From Octopus vulgaris (Eukaryota), in contig OX597817.1 in NCBI GenBank assembly GCA_951406725.2, positions 143,530,001-143,594,000 on the forward strand: a stretch of DNA of 64,000 nt, written 5' to 3'. Below are positions 41,381 through 55,544 of this stretch, piece by piece. The position numbers and the translations under genes are program-made. The stretch's first letter is position 1. Each line of letters begins with the position of its first letter. The notes beneath the pieces are model-generated. The model made no database searches. It was not told the DNA's origin and saw nothing but the letters and a program-made list of their open reading frames with translations.

Positions 41381-42599
41381 GATATTAAAAACCTTGAGAG
41401 CCCGCCTGATCCTTCCCCTCTTCTTCTCACTGTCAACTACGCTTTCGCTTCTCCATTTCCATCTCTTTTTACTTCGCCTTCCATCCATCCTTTTTTTTTT
41501 TTCACTTTCTTCTCTGTCACCCACCAGTATTAAACTTGTCATCTGTCTAACTGTATTTCAGATCTTTTGTCACTTCGGTCTTCACCTGCTTCAATCTTCC
41601 CTCCTACTTATTTTGTGTCTCACCCCAACTCTTTCCGTCACTAAATCACTATACATTTATCTGTCCCACCTAATATTCTTCTGTTGCTGTGAAGCCGCCC
41701 TGTGCAAAAACACGACCAACAGCACCTGTTCTTCAATAGAAATTTCAAAATGGTTTCATTCATTATTGTAAAACTTTTTTATAATCGTTGGAAACCGACT
41801 TCCTTTGTCTGTCTTTATATATTTTACTCAATGAAAGTGGGCCGTCTGCAATGGAAAATAAAAAAGATTGTTTTTAATTCTATTATTATTTGCTTCTTAT
41901 AAGGCAGGTAGTTTGAAATCCTGTTTATTTGTCATTGTTTCATTCTTTGCCTTCGATTCAAGTTTCTGAGCTTATCTGAAGTATGACGTCGGAAAGATAA
42001 GTAGGTTTCCCGCCAAGAGCCCCATTTTACGTCTCATATCGGTATATTTCCTCATTTTATTTGATAGATTTTAAGCTAAGCTACAGTTGAATCTTTTCAG
42101 CCTATAATTTTATTTCTTTGGCATGAATTTTATGAAAAAAATCTATTTCGTGTTCACCGTTATTCTAAAAATAGTTTTAATAATGTTAATTTCTCTATTA
42201 ATCTTTGAATCAAATTTTCTTTTGTTTTTAGTCAACGTTTCAAACCTATTACTGATAAGTAATATTAGTTCCATAAAATATTCCCAGGGAATATGAAGTC
42301 AGTTGAGTTGAACCGGTATATTACATACTGATAGACTAGCTGAATACGTTCCATAATAGCTAGACAATCAAGTAATGCCGACCTCCGTCTTTGTTAAAAA
42401 ATAAAAAAGAGAAAAGAAATAACGTGGGCAATGAAAGCGTCTTAATTACTTCAATAGATACTTAGCAACCGCCACTCTCTCTCCTCCCTCTCTCTCTCTC
42501 TTTCTTTCTCTCTCTCTCTCTCTCTCTCTCATACATACATATATATATAGATATAATAAATTAATAAATAAAACATGCATATATACATACATATATGTA

Positions 42600-42899
42600 C
42601 GTACCTACCTCTACATGTATATATACATGCATATTTGGGTACAGGACACACAAAAAAACCCAAAAAAACTTCGAACATAATGAGAAACGAAAATATAAAC
42701 ACAAAACCAAGGAACTGGACATTTTTCTTAAACAACGAAAAAATAGAGTACAGGACATAGAACACAAGGAAAATTCCCCTTCTTCAGTCGCCATGGCTTC
42801 ATCTATCTTGGTTTTGTGTTTATGTTTTCGTTTCTCATTGTGTTCAACGTTTTCTTTTGATGTCCTGTATCCATATATACTTGTATATGTACATATATG

Positions 42900-42900
<1 letters not shown>
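42600..42900. mobile_element. Fold-back of a Penelope-like pLTR fragment
   Basis: GTACAGGACA...GAACATAATGAGAAACGAAAATATAAACACAAAACCAAG is inverted at 42807-42875; CTGAAGA on the minus strand in the loop; (TA)n flanks. Confidence 0.65.
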
Positions 42901-42959
<59 letters not shown>

Positions 42960-43698
42960 TATATTTATATATTACTTATATTATATTATATATATATATA
43001 TATATTTCAGAGATGTACTTGCATAGCAAGTGACCTGATCTGAGATCGTGTGCTGGAACGAAAACAACTGCAGCGTGGAAGGTGTTTATAAGCCATTTAA
43101 GGGATCTTTTCACTTTGACCGGCAGATTTTTAAAATAATTTCTTTGTAACTAAACACTTTTAAACTTCGTATACTGGTAGAATGTGTTACATAAAACATC
43201 TTTTTCTCTTGGCTTTCTTGAGAAAATTCTGTAGTTTGTAAGCTATTTGTTGTTTAATTTCTTACATTTCGGCAATTTCAACCAATCGATGACGTCTATT
43301 GAGGTGAATACAATTTCTGCGGTTTTTGTATGAAAAAAAAGAGAGAAGGAAGTGGAGTTTGTAGTTTGTAGAGAAAACGTTGAACGTACCTGAAAAAAGA
43401 AACATGGTCTTTCCCCACAACTATAAGACATGAAGAGCTATCAAAGAAGATGAATGAGTACCGGGGGTGGAGGAAAGATGAGAGAACTAACACTTGATCC
43501 TTCTAGAACTCCCAGAATGAAAACCCAAACACCTGAAAGACTTTCCCTCTATTCATTACTAAATCTCTTTCCCTCTTCTTCATTGTTAAAGGTAAAGAAG
43601 GTAGAAAAGATCGATTGTATTTCAGTTTAATTATCATTTCAAATGACTGAGGCTTTTGTAACGGTTAAAATTGTTTACTGTAGGATGTGAAAGATGGA

Positions 43699-44396
43699 GG
43701 ATCTTTTCCTTTTGAACGGCAGTTTTCAACACAATTTCTACTTAACTAAACACTTTAAAACTTCGTATACTGGTAGAATGTGTCAAAATAAAACATTTTT
43801 TTCTCTTGGCTTTCTTAAGAAAATTGTAATTTGTAAGTTTAACGTAATTTAATTTTTTGAATTTTAACTAATCCTATGGCCTCTATTGAGCTAAAATCAT
43901 TTGCTGCGTGTAAAACAGACAACATCCTGTCACTAACCCTAACCCTAAATTTTAGCCTTTCGTTAATTGTTTGATTAATTTAAGGATAACAATTAAGAAA
44001 AAAAGAAAAACGAAAGGCTAAAACAAAAACAAAACAAATAATTTTAGACACACACGTAACAATTAAATTAATTTAACAATTAAGAAAAAAAAAACGAAAG
44101 GCTAAAATTTAGGGTTAGGGTGAGGGTTAGGGTTAGGGTTAGGGTTAGAGTTATGGTTAGTGACAGGATGTTGTTTCAGTTTTAGATGCAGCAAATTATT
44201 TTAGCTCAATAGAGGCCATAGGATTGGTTAAAATTTGAAAAATTAAACTACGTTAAACTTACAAATTACAATTTTCTCAAGAAAGCCAAGAGAAAAAAAT
44301 GTTTTATTTTGACACATTCTACCAGTATACGAAGTTTTAAAGTGTTTAGTTAACTAGAAATTGTGTTGAAAAATGCCGTTCAAAAGGAAAAGATCC
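43699..44396. mobile_element. Long-TIR MITE with GG termini and 8-bp TSD (Merlin-like), carrying TTAGGG repeats
   Basis: AAGATGGA|GGATCTTTTCCTTTTGAACGGCA ... TGCCGTTCAAAAGGAAAAGATCC|AAGATGGA, with arms of ~260 bp. Relatives lie at 43102-43320 and 59162-59520. Confidence 0.88.
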
Positions 44397-45087
44397 AAGA
44401 TGGACAATGCATGAAGTTTTAAGGAAATATATATTTACCATTACGTTGAAAAACACCATACCTCGACGAGCAGGTCGTGATAAATCCAAAAGCATGCGAA
44501 GTAAAGTTTGGTGCGGTAGAATGTTTCATTACATTAGTTTGGCATATACGAATAGTTAGTAGTAATCCACAGGTAGCTATAGAATGATGTAAGAGAACAG
44601 AATTAGAGCTAGAGAGAATTGTAGGGTGTTGTCTGACAGTTGTTTTCTCCCTCTGACCAAGGTTGGTCAGCTAGACATCGTTGAGTCGTCACTGACTGTG
44701 ACTAACTCCGTTGAGTCGTCACGACTGTGACAAACTGATTTTTGCTTGGGGTGTGCTTGCTTATGTAATGATCCAGAAGGATAGATATATCAATGAGAAC
44801 AATAGATTTAGTTGGTGGTCTTGTTATCTATTCTAGCTTTTGGTGAAGTAGAAAAGGTTAGAAAGGGTCAAGTGGTGAAGACATTATTCTGGCCTAGCTA
44901 AAGGCATCTGGAAAATGTAAAACTGCTGTCTGAGAAAAACCATTGTTCTATCGTGAGAAAAGTTCTGTAACAGTGTTAATTTAAATTTGGCTATGGTGGA
45001 TCGAATCCACTTCATGCATGCAAGATTTGCTACACTTTCCTTTCCTTGTCTCTATCACTTCACTCCTTTTCTCTACAGTTAAGAGAG

Positions 45088-45330
45088 TGACGGTGTGTGG
45101 CTCAGCGGCTAGGGGTATTTGACCCACGATCGTAAGGTCATGAGTATGATTTCCGGCAGCGTGCTGTGTTCTTGAGCAAGGCACTCTACTTCCTGTAGTC
45201 TACTCAGCTGGCAAAAATGAGTTGTAGCTGTAATTGAAAGGGGTCAGACTTATCACATTCTGTGTGAGGCTGAATCTCCCCGAGAACTACGTTAATGGTA
45301 TGCACGTCTGTGGAATACTCAGCCACTGCT
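45088..45330 (+). mobile_element. tRNA-head SINE with CORE-like domain (degenerate)
   Basis: TGGCTCAGCGGCTAGG head and TGTGTTCTTGAGCAAGGCACT box; the 3' part is shared with family D. Confidence 0.65.
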
Positions 45331-45544
45331 GGTTTTGTGCCTTAATTAGAAAGAATTAATCTTAGCAGTCATCATGTGTAAACAATGCTTATAATAATAA
45401 TATCTATAAAATGATGCTTCTGTCTTTCATGTCATTTTCGTTTTGTAATGGAGGAGGTGATGGTTGTCTGTACATTGTGAATGTGTTTGTCAAGTCTGCC
45501 ATTAAATATTTTATTGAATGCCAGACACATAGAAAACAGGGCCC

Positions 45545-45717
45545 TTTTACCTTTCACTAGTTTCAGTCATTGGATTGTGGCCATGCTGGGGCACCACCTT
45601 GAAGAATTTTTAGTTGAATGGTACTTATTCTATCAGTCACTTTTGCTGAACCGCTACATTACGGGGATGGAAACACATCATCACCAATTGTCAAGTGGTG
45701 GTCACACACACACACAT

Positions 45718-45791
<74 letters not shown>

Positions 45792-47371
45792 CGGGCTTTT
45801 TTAGTTTCTGTTTACCAAATCCACTCACATAGTTTTGGCCAGCTCATGGATACAGTAGAAGACACTCGATCACAGTGCCATGTAGAGGAACTGAACCCAG
45901 AACCATGTGGATTGGGAATCAAAGTTCTTACCACACAAACACGCCTGAGCTTATATACTCTTTACTCTTTACTCTTTTACTTGTTTCAGTCATTTGACTG
46001 TGGCCATGCTGGAGCACCGCCTTTAGTCAAGCAGATCGACCCCAGGACTTATTCTTTGTAAGCCTAGTACTTATTCTATCGGTCCATTTTGCCAAACTGC
46101 TAAGCTACGGGGACGTGAATACACCAGCATCGGTTGTCAAGCGATGTTGGTGGTGGGGGGGGGGGACAAACACAGACACACAAACATATACACACACACG
46201 CACGTGTATATATACATATATACGACGGGCTTCTTTCAGTTTCCGTCTTCCAAATCCACTCACAAGGCTTTGGTCGGTCCGAGGCTATAGTAGAAGACAC
46301 TTGCCCAAGGTGCCATGCAGTGGGACTGAACCCTGAACCATGTGGTTTGTAAGCAAGCTACTTATCACACAGCCTCTCCTATACCTATATATTGAACTAA
46401 AAACAAAACAGAATGGAACTAAATACTACAATTAATTAAGTTTGGCGTTTTACCGTTTCCATCTCGATGCTTTTGAAATAAAAGTTGGTTTATTTTGACA
46501 AGGCGCAAAAGAGAGAAGAAAATGCATTAACATTACAGTATGGTGATATATAACAGCCCATTTATCTTCAGAACAAGGGTCCCCAACCCTTTTTTGCTTC
46601 CATTTACCCCCTGGTTACATTTTGAAAGCAAATTTACCCCATTTCTGTTTATTTCAGTAATCTGAGTTTAAAATTCTACCAAAAGAAAACAACCAACATA
46701 TAGGAAATTTAATATACTGTTTCCAAACATCGTTATTTTTAAGTTCAAATGCCTTTTAAGTTCAAATAACTACAAAAATAATGTAATGTCAGTTCACTTA
46801 ATTATGAACTAACTATGAACAAATACCAGCTTCAAATACTATATTCTGAATTAGATAAGTCCATTAGCAGTAACATAGTAATTAAGAAGTATACAAGAGA
46901 GATCGTTAAATCCAAAAAAGCAGAAAGAAGGATAATTATAGTATGTTTTTTATTTGTTCATAAAATAGGCCTACTCTTTACTCTTTTACTTGTTTCAGTC
47001 ATTTGACTGTAGCCATGCTGGAGCACTGCCTTTAGTCGAGCAAATTGACTCCGGGACTTATTCTTTGTAAGCCTAGTACTTATTCTATCGGTCTATTTTG
47101 CCAAACCGCTAAGTTATAGGGGCACAAACACACCAGCATCAGATGTCAAGCGATGTTGGGTGGGGGGGCAAGCACAGACACACGAACACACACACACACA
47201 TATATATATGACGGACTTCTTTCAGTTTCTATCTACAAAATCCACTCACAAGGCTTTGGTCGGCCTGAGGCTATAGTAGAAGACACTTGCCCAAGGTGCC
47301 ATGCAGTGGGACTGAATCCGGAACCGCGTAGTTCGTAAGCAAGCTACTTACCACACAGCCACTCCTGCGCC
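45545..47371 (-). mobile_element. Three SINE family B copies (45545-45948 degenerate, 45956-46385, 46972-47371)
   Basis: Reverse-complement matches to family B. Confidence 0.85.
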
Positions 47372-48224
47372 TACTACAAATTTCTTCTCAACTCCATGTT
47401 TTTAAAATTATAGTTTAAAAACCAGGTGTACAAATACTGGATTGGATTGCCCATGTTCAGTCCACTGCATGTTCTCTCCACCAAACACTGTCCGATGTGT
47501 AGGCCACGAATTTGAGCCTGAGATCCTCCTGTTTTGATGAGCCTACTCTGTCACACTGGCCCAACCATGGCTTGGCAGACGAATGCAGTTTGTATACTGA
47601 AAGCAAGGGGTAGTTAAATCAATTACATTGACCCCAGAGTTCAACTACTACTCATTATATTCACCCCGAAAGGTGATTGGTAAAGTTGACTTTGGTGGAA
47701 TTTGAACTCAGACTATAAGGACAGATGAAATTCTGTCAAGCATTTTGCACGGTGTGCTAATGATTCTGCCAGCTTGCCACCTGCACAAATATAGAATTGG
47801 CAAATTTATCTCTGGAGGTAAATCTCCATGGTTAACATGCAGTTTAGGGGATTAGAAAAAGATAAATGAAACTAAATTGACCGGAAGTGATGACAATGAA
47901 ACCTTTCCAGTGAGAACTCACAGCTCTGATACTATGGATACACGGTCAGAATGTGGGATGAAATTATCACAAGATGGATACTTCAAGCCAAGCTGTCAGG
48001 TGGGAGGCCTGATGTGGTGGACCAAGAATGAGATAGCTGAGTAATAGCCATAGTTTCAGTTGGTCATGCTTGGGAATCCAGTAGGAAAGTATAATGAGGG
48101 TTACTTCTGATAGGACCCTATGGAGGTGTCTGAGGTCTCTACACTTACTATTCTCCCAGGAATAATGAGTGGAGTGAAATGGATAGAATCTGTGCAACAT
48201 AATTTATGTAACATATATTTTATA

Positions 48225-48847
48225 TACAATAATCCCTCGACTACTGCAGGTGTTACGTTCCAAAACAACCCGCGATAGGTGAAAATCTGTGAAGTAGAAA
48301 CAGTACTGTATATTCTTTTAAAATTATTTTTATAATTTGTATATATTTATTTTATTAGAAATGCAAAACAACACCATGGAAGAATCGACGTAATCTTAAA
48401 TAGTAAACTGCGATAGGTGAACCGTGATATGGCGAGGGATTGGATGGAAGCACTCCGTCGGTTACGACGACGGGGGTTCCGATTGATCCGAATCAACGGA
48501 ACAGCCTGCTCGTGAAATTAACGTGTAAGTGGCTGGGCACTCCACAGACACATGTACCCTTAATGCAGTTCTCGGGGATATTCAGCGTGACACAGAGAGT
48601 GACAAGGCCGGCCCTTTGAAATACAGGTACAACAGAAACAGGAAGTAAGAGTGAGAGAAAGTTGTGGTGAAAGAGTACAGCAGGGTTCACCACCATCCCC
48701 TGCCGGAGCCTCGTGGAGCTTTAGGTGTTTTCGCTCAATAAACACTCACAACGCCCGGTCTGGGAATCGAAACCGAAACCCTATGACCGCGAGTCCGCTG
48801 CCCTAACCACTGGGCCATTGCGCCTCCACAGGCGAGGGATTATTGTA
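48225..48847. mobile_element. Tigger-type MITE with SINE D (48445-48828, minus) inserted in its right TIR
   Basis: TACAATAATCCCTCG ... CGAGGGATTATTGTA. The SINE is flanked by TSD GGCGAGGGATT (48431-48441 and 48831-48841). Confidence 0.85.
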
Positions 48848-48874
48848 ATATGAAAACTGTACAAATATTTTATA

Positions 48875-49411
48875 CTAGCCTTGAAGCTGCCCTTCAGGCG
48901 GCATTCAGGCTGGCTCCTGAGGAGGTCATCTCCGAGGCCTTCAGCCAGACTATCGGGCCGCTTCACGGCCCTCTACCCTCGTGTAATGAAACTTATTTTT
49001 GCAAACGTGCTAAGCACTGATGCTGATCATAGTTTAATCAATAAGTGTAGGAGCAAGGTAAATGCAGTAAAAATAGGGCGGGATCAGTGGGCCCCATTTA
49101 AACAGCCCTTCAGAAATTGAACCTCCTTACGATACACCCTGGGATTTCATGGTATGAAATTCATTATAATTGTTCCAATTTGGTCCCCAATGCCATGTAT
49201 TTAGTTTAAAATGCAGTAAAAATAGGGGAGGTCACTGGAGCCTCAATTAGGTGGCCCTTAAAAAAATAGACTCCCTTAAGACATTCCCTGGGATTAGGGG
49301 AGTTGCTGGTTTGATTTTCGTTGTCCTTGCACCAACAGTCTAGGAGGAATTAACGAACATAGAAACATAATGGACAGAAAAACATCACTCAAATTTATAT
49401 TAAGAAGAAGA
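48875..49411 (-). mobile_element. Non-autonomous Helitron candidate
   Basis: Minus strand begins TCTT..TAATAT and ends with hairpin GCCGCC-TGAAG-GGCAGC followed by CTAG|T; internal subrepeats. Confidence 0.55.
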
Positions 49412-50290
49412 TAAGATGAAAACAATCACAATTGCGGGCAAGTGGGATTGAACCTGAAACACGTTGGTTCCAAAGTGAGTTTATTAACCAGACAGCTATA
49501 CCTGTACCTATTATTTTCATTTTCTCCTCTACCGTCAAACTCTCTTAAGATTTTAAACGAAACATCACTCTATACTCGACATCTTTATTGAATACACAAT
49601 ATTCAAAAGGCTTTCCACCACTTCCCCGTCTCCTTCCCTTATTTTATCTCATCTCTTTCTCTCTTCCACATCACAGCACAAAGGTCATGGCAATCATAAT
49701 TAAGTAAGCATATTTTGGAATCAACGCTATTAAGGATTCAAACTTGGAGCGACCAGAATAAGAAGCATTATCTTGCTACATTTATTCGACACACCAGTTT
49801 GCGTGTCAATTAATTTCCTTTCCTCTGTGTTCTGAGTTTTCTTTCTTTTTTCATCAAATGTTCACATTGGCCAGTTTATAAACATTATCATGTTTAAAAG
49901 GCTTTGGTTTTTAACCTCCCAAAACTGAGGGATTGCAACGAAGAATAATAAGACGCATCATGCAATCCATTGAATTGAATGAAGAATACGAATATAAATT
50001 GGATGCGACTGATGGCCATGTGGCTCAGAGGGCGGAATTCTATGAATATTAATACGTTCCTGTTTGTTTTTCAAAACTGGTCGTTTGGTACTTTCTACAC
50101 CTCTCACTTGCAATATCTTTATATTCTGGAAATATTTCTGTTTGTCTGCGATGTCCGACTATAAGAAGATGCCTCTAGATGGTCATTTGATTTGTTAGAA
50201 ATAGCAACCAAACCTACTTCAGATCCGACCAAAGCCCTGTAAATGGATTTAGTAGACGGAAACCGTCATATATCTATCTATCTATCTATT

Positions 50291-50346
<56 letters not shown>

Positions 50347-50352
50347 TATGTG

Positions 50353-50416
<64 letters not shown>

Positions 50417-51328
50417 TATGTATGTATATAGAGGAAATGTGACAATTATTCGGTAGCCATGATGAAACTCCAAGTTTCGGATTCAGGGGGGAAATCCACA
50501 CCGCCATCTCTTTAGTTATCCGACCATCAGAAAATATATCTCTATATATAAAACTGAATTGCGTTTTTACCGCTTGGATCGCTTTCAATGCCACTACATC
50601 CCGTCCGATTCGCTCCAAAATTTACAGGGACATGTAGAATGAGGTGACGATGCGCGTGGGCTACCTTAGAAATCCCTATCTTAAAAGGTGTGGTTGCTAG
50701 GGGCCATCTTCCTCACTCACCCTATTTCCTCCTTTCCCTCTCTTACTCCTCTTCATAACTTTCAGAAGTCCACTACGGTTATTTAAAGTATCTGTCACTA
50801 TCGCTATTTCCTTTCTTTTTCACTGACTCTGTTTCCTACCTTCCTATCACTTCGGCGGTGTTCTTTTAAGTATATGTCTGTCACCAACAAACAACACACG
50901 AGCATGAGAACAAATATTATGAATCAGATATTCTTGCGTTCATTTATATGTGTGTGTGTGTGTGTTCTAAATATGTATATATAATGTATGTGCGTGTGTG
51001 TGTGTGTTCTATATATAAATATGTATATATAATGTATGTGTGTGTGTGTGTGTTCTATATATAAATATGTATATATAATGTATGTGTGTGTGTGTTCTAT
51101 ATATAAATATGTATATATAATGTATGTGTGTGTGTGTGTGTGTGTGTGTTCTATATATAAATATGTATATATAATGTATATATACAAAGTGTATATATCT
51201 GTATTTATGTATATTAAACTTTTTCATACTTTTTCATAGTTATATATATTTTTAAACAAATTATAAATATAATTTAATAATTTTTATTTTCAATTTAAAT
51301 AATTTAAAGTTTTCAATTTTATATTTTA

Positions 51329-52345
51329 CTAGCAGTATCGCCCGGCGTTGCTCGGGTTTGTAAGGGAAATAACTATATAAGCATTTTTAGTGAGTTATAG
51401 CAAAAAAAAATAGCAAAAAATGCATTAAAAATGGAATAAAAAATAATAGTAATTTTTTTTTTAAATCGTTGACTCATCGTAGACATTTTTAGAGAGTTAC
51501 TTCCCTTATATAATAGCGAAAAATGCATTAAAATGGAATAAAAAATGATGGTAATTTTTTTTTATCGTTGACTCATCGTAGACATTTTTAGAGAGTTACT
51601 TCCCTTATATAATAGCAAAAAATGCATTAAAATGGAATAAAAAATGATGGTAAATTTTTTTTTAATCGTAGACTCATCGTAGACGCGCGCTAATACCCAG
51701 AAGGGCTCGATATGAATCACGACTATAAGATACCCAGTTTTGGTTACACTGCACCGCAAAATGTGGGAGTGGTTAGGAATCTAAATCGTAGGAGACAGAC
51801 ACACAACCTTACTTTTATATATAAAGACTAGCAGTATCGCCCGGCGTTGCTCGGGTTTGTAAGGGAAATAACTATATAAGCATTTTTAGAGAGTTATAGC
51901 AAAAAAATGCATTAAAAATGGAATAAAAAGTGATGGTAATTTTTTTTTAAAATCGTTGACTCAGTGTCTTCAAGCCATGAAGTCGTTGTTCTAAAAGAAC
52001 GCTGGTCTCCTTGACAACGCTTTACGACGTTGATTTCCTTACACTCCCTTCCCCACAGCTTCACGAGGGAGAAGCAAACAGGTGCAGATGTGAGCGTGGA
52101 CGCCAACTCCGCCGCCATCGACACACGAAAAATTATGCATTAAAATGGAATAAAAAATGATGTTAAATTATTTTTAAAATCGTTGACTCATCGTAGACGC
52201 GCGCTAATAGCCAGACGGGCTCGATATGAATCACGACTATAAGATACCCGAATTTGGTTAAACTGCACCGCAAAATGTGCGAGTAGTTAGGAATCTAAAT
52301 CGAAGGGGACAGACACTCACACAACAACAGTTTTATATATATAGA
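51329..52345 (-). mobile_element. Two head-to-tail non-autonomous Helitrons (51329-51827, 51828-52345)
   Basis: Each has 5' TC(T/A)TATATA and 3' CCCGAGCAACGCCGGG hairpin + GATACTGCTAG; internal ~120-bp subrepeats. Confidence 0.88.
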
Positions 52346-53575
52346 TATATTTTCTATGTTATATTTTCTTCTTTTATGTTTTTGTTTTTTCACTGTTTGA
52401 TTTGCCTATTAGTGGTTTTATCTCTAATTTAATTTATACAGATATATATCTCATTTGTATACATTTGTATATATAATGCGTGCACACACACACACACACA
52501 CATATATATATAATGTGTGCATTACGTAGTCGGTCGATTCAGCTGAAAATATGCACACCTATGTTAAAGGTGCTGACAAGTTTGCATGACAACTATTTTG
52601 TTCCTCAAATGAAAGGCGTCACCTCTAGGACAAAATTCCTCATCTTATAAAATGTGGCCCCAGTAGACCCGAATGAAATCGGGTTATATTAACCAAAATG
52701 TGAAAAGGGGTCTAAATGGGGCTGGAAGGGGATTAAAATTTCTAGGAGTGGGTGTTTAGGAATTCTCTGTTACATCAAGCTAAAAAAATTTGCGCCAGCC
52801 TTTTAATCGTCAATGTGTTGCCGTCCATGATAAAGAAGTTTTGAATGCTTGCCATGGTGAGTCTACTGTCGTGAGAAAGAATCACTTCAAAACTTGGTGT
52901 TTACGAATTTTCTTTTACATCAAGTTCAAAATTTTACGCCAGCCGTTAAACTGTCACTACGTTGCTGTCCGTCGTTAACAAATGCCAGCCATGGTGACTC
53001 TACTATCCTCAGATTCTATCCCTTCAGACTTTGGTTTCCAATATTTTATTATTTTTATTCAGCTCGCAAGTTCGTCTGTCCCTTTTAAATGTTAGCGTTT
53101 TGCTGTCTGCCTTGAAGCAGACCTTTCTATTGCCACTGCCTCATATTTCTGATTGATCTTTCTAAATATTTTATTTCTCAACTTACTCAAGATCTTCTGT
53201 TGTTTATAAATGGGAGAGAGATAGATAAAGATAGAGAGTAAGAGAAAGCGAGGGAGAGTCCGAGAGAAAAGAAAAGTAAGAGAGTGGGAAAGTGAGAGAG
53301 AAAGGAGAGAGAAACAAATACGGAGAATCATCATCATCATCATCGTTTAACGTCCGTTTTCCGTGCTAGCACGGGTTGGGCAGTGTGACCGGGGTCTCGG
53401 AAGCCAGGAGGTTGCACCAGGCTCCAGTCTGATCTGGCAGTGTTTCTACAGGTGGATGATCTTCCTAACGCCAACCACTCTGTGAGTGTAGTGAGTGCTT
53501 TTACGTGCTGAAAGGAAGCAACAGAAAGTAACACCCACACTCTCACCCGCGCGTAGAGCGGGTCACCTTCAGCTA

Positions 53576-53625
<50 letters not shown>

Positions 53626-53650
53626 TCTCTTTGTTTATTTCCTCGTGTTC

Positions 53651-53687
53651 CTTTCTGCTGAAGAGCATAGGACTCGAAACGTAAAAG
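53651..53687 (+). ncRNA. Minimal type I hammerhead-like motif in a pLTR fragment
   Basis: CUUU-CUGCUGA-A-GAG cauagga CUC-GAAAC-GUA-AAAG; same architecture as 20961-20995. Confidence 0.55.
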
Positions 53688-53788
53688 ACTTTCTCACCTT
53701 CCCGAGCATCAAACTAATACACTTGCTTGTTGTGTATATACCCGTCTTTTGCTTTTTTGTAAATTTCAACTATATGTATGTATGTATG

Positions 53789-53820
<32 letters not shown>

Positions 53821-54574
53821 TGTATGTATTTTCATTTCATCATTTCATCTAGTTTCAGCTCACGAGCTGTTGCCATGTGTTTGTGTGTGTGTGTCTCGCC
53901 ACCACTTTGCAATTGGTGTTGGTGTGTTTGCGTCCCCCATAACTTAGCGGTTCGGCAAAATATATCTATGGAATAAGTACCAGTCTTAAAAAAAATATTT
54001 TTTAATATTCTGGAATTATTTCTGTTTTGTCTGCGACACCCAGCTATAAAAAGGTGGTTAGTTACATTGTTAGAAATGGCAACCAAACCTTTCTCACCCT
54101 CTACTCTCTTAACTAAAAAAAAAGGTACCAGATGATATAATTTTCTAACCCCTCCCCTTGTACTGCCAACTCATCTCATTTCCTCTACCATCATGCAGTA
54201 CATCTATCTCTGCCACCTCCCCCATACTCACACAACCTGTTCAACCACTCATCATCTCTCTCTCTCTCTTTTTTTCCTCTGTCACTCTCTTTCTTTCTCC
54301 TTCACATTCTGCTCGTGTCAACTGCATCATTATTTCTGCTTTTCTGATCTTCACCCCCACCATGCATCATTGGCCACCCTCTTGTCCTCCATTCATTAAA
54401 TTCACCCCTCAGCCCATCTACTTCCGCTACTTATCATCCACTTGTTCTTCATTCATAATATCAGTCACTCCTCATCTCTCACCCTCCCTTCTGCTCTTGC
54501 TGTTTCTATCCACCCACACTCTCAGTTCTTCTGCTCTCATTTACTTCTATCAACCTTAACCCTTACCTATGTTG

Positions 54575-54985
54575 CCTTTCTTAAGTTATCTGATAAACAT
54601 TTTCCTTCCACACACAGGTATAGAAATTTTTTTTAATTGACACTTAAAGTCTGCTTCAGTTGAATATCCAACACGAAGAATGGTCTTTTACACAAACCCA
54701 CTTCCAGCCTTGAGACCAGTTGTTCTTGTAGAGTTACAAGAACTTGCCTGGTCACTGGTTACTGCAACATAGAGACCATCATGTATGAGATAGAAATAAG
54801 GCTTAGAGCGATAAACGCTCTAACGTACTATATCGGATTGACAGAGACCCATTTAAGAAAAGCCTACACAACCACTCTACAAACCTTCTGTAACTACGAG
54901 AAGCAGAACATCACTACACTGGCCAAACACATATGGTAGTTGAGGGAGAAGACTGCAGGCTACGACCATAATGTGGCGAATTGGC
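54575..54985 (+). pseudogene. Penelope-like element linker and GIY-YIG endonuclease remnant (second family)
   Basis: FLKLSDKHFPSTHRYRNFFN...CSCRVTRTCLVTGYCNIETIMY...YYIGLTET...TTLAKHIW*LREK, with stops and frameshifts. Confidence 0.8.
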
Positions 54986-55544
54986 ATAGTTATTAAAAGT
55001 ACCAGATAGAATGCATTTACTTTTTCTAAAATTTATGTACAATTTACATGTTCGCATACACATGCAAACACACACGTATAGTGTACATGTTCATTACAAA
55101 AGTTTATAAGTCTACACACACACACATCTAGTTTGGAAAAGAGGGTGAATGACATCATCTCATACTGACAATCTGTGTACCAATACCGAAAGATCACTTA
55201 AGTTGTAATGGAAGCTGATAAGATCCCAAAATATTTAAGAATAGGGTGGTTGGCATATTTATTTTTCATTGATGTTTAGTTACAATGTGACTCAAAGGCC
55301 AAGAGTTTCCTACACGGCACTTACAAAACACACACACACACACACACGTTTTATTGATAATTACCAAACATTATAGAGTTGCTCCAAGATCGAGAGTTTC
55401 GTGTGTTAGCGCTTATCAAACTAGTTTCAACCAATGGATCACATATTGAGTTATTCTGTAACTTCTGTCGATTATTACTAAAAAAAATGCATACACAAAA
55501 TAAAAAGAATCCAGACTTGTGCTATAAAAAGAAGACTACAGCAC

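Noticed and set aside
44109-44160. True telomere or chromosome-fusion site
   Set aside because: The repeats are short and lie inside a TSD-flanked MITE.
50465-50530. HHR-like minus-strand CTGATGGTC-GGAT..ATCC-GAAAC..GTT
   Set aside because: The core is altered and there is no helix I (possibly truncated by the adjacent Helitron).
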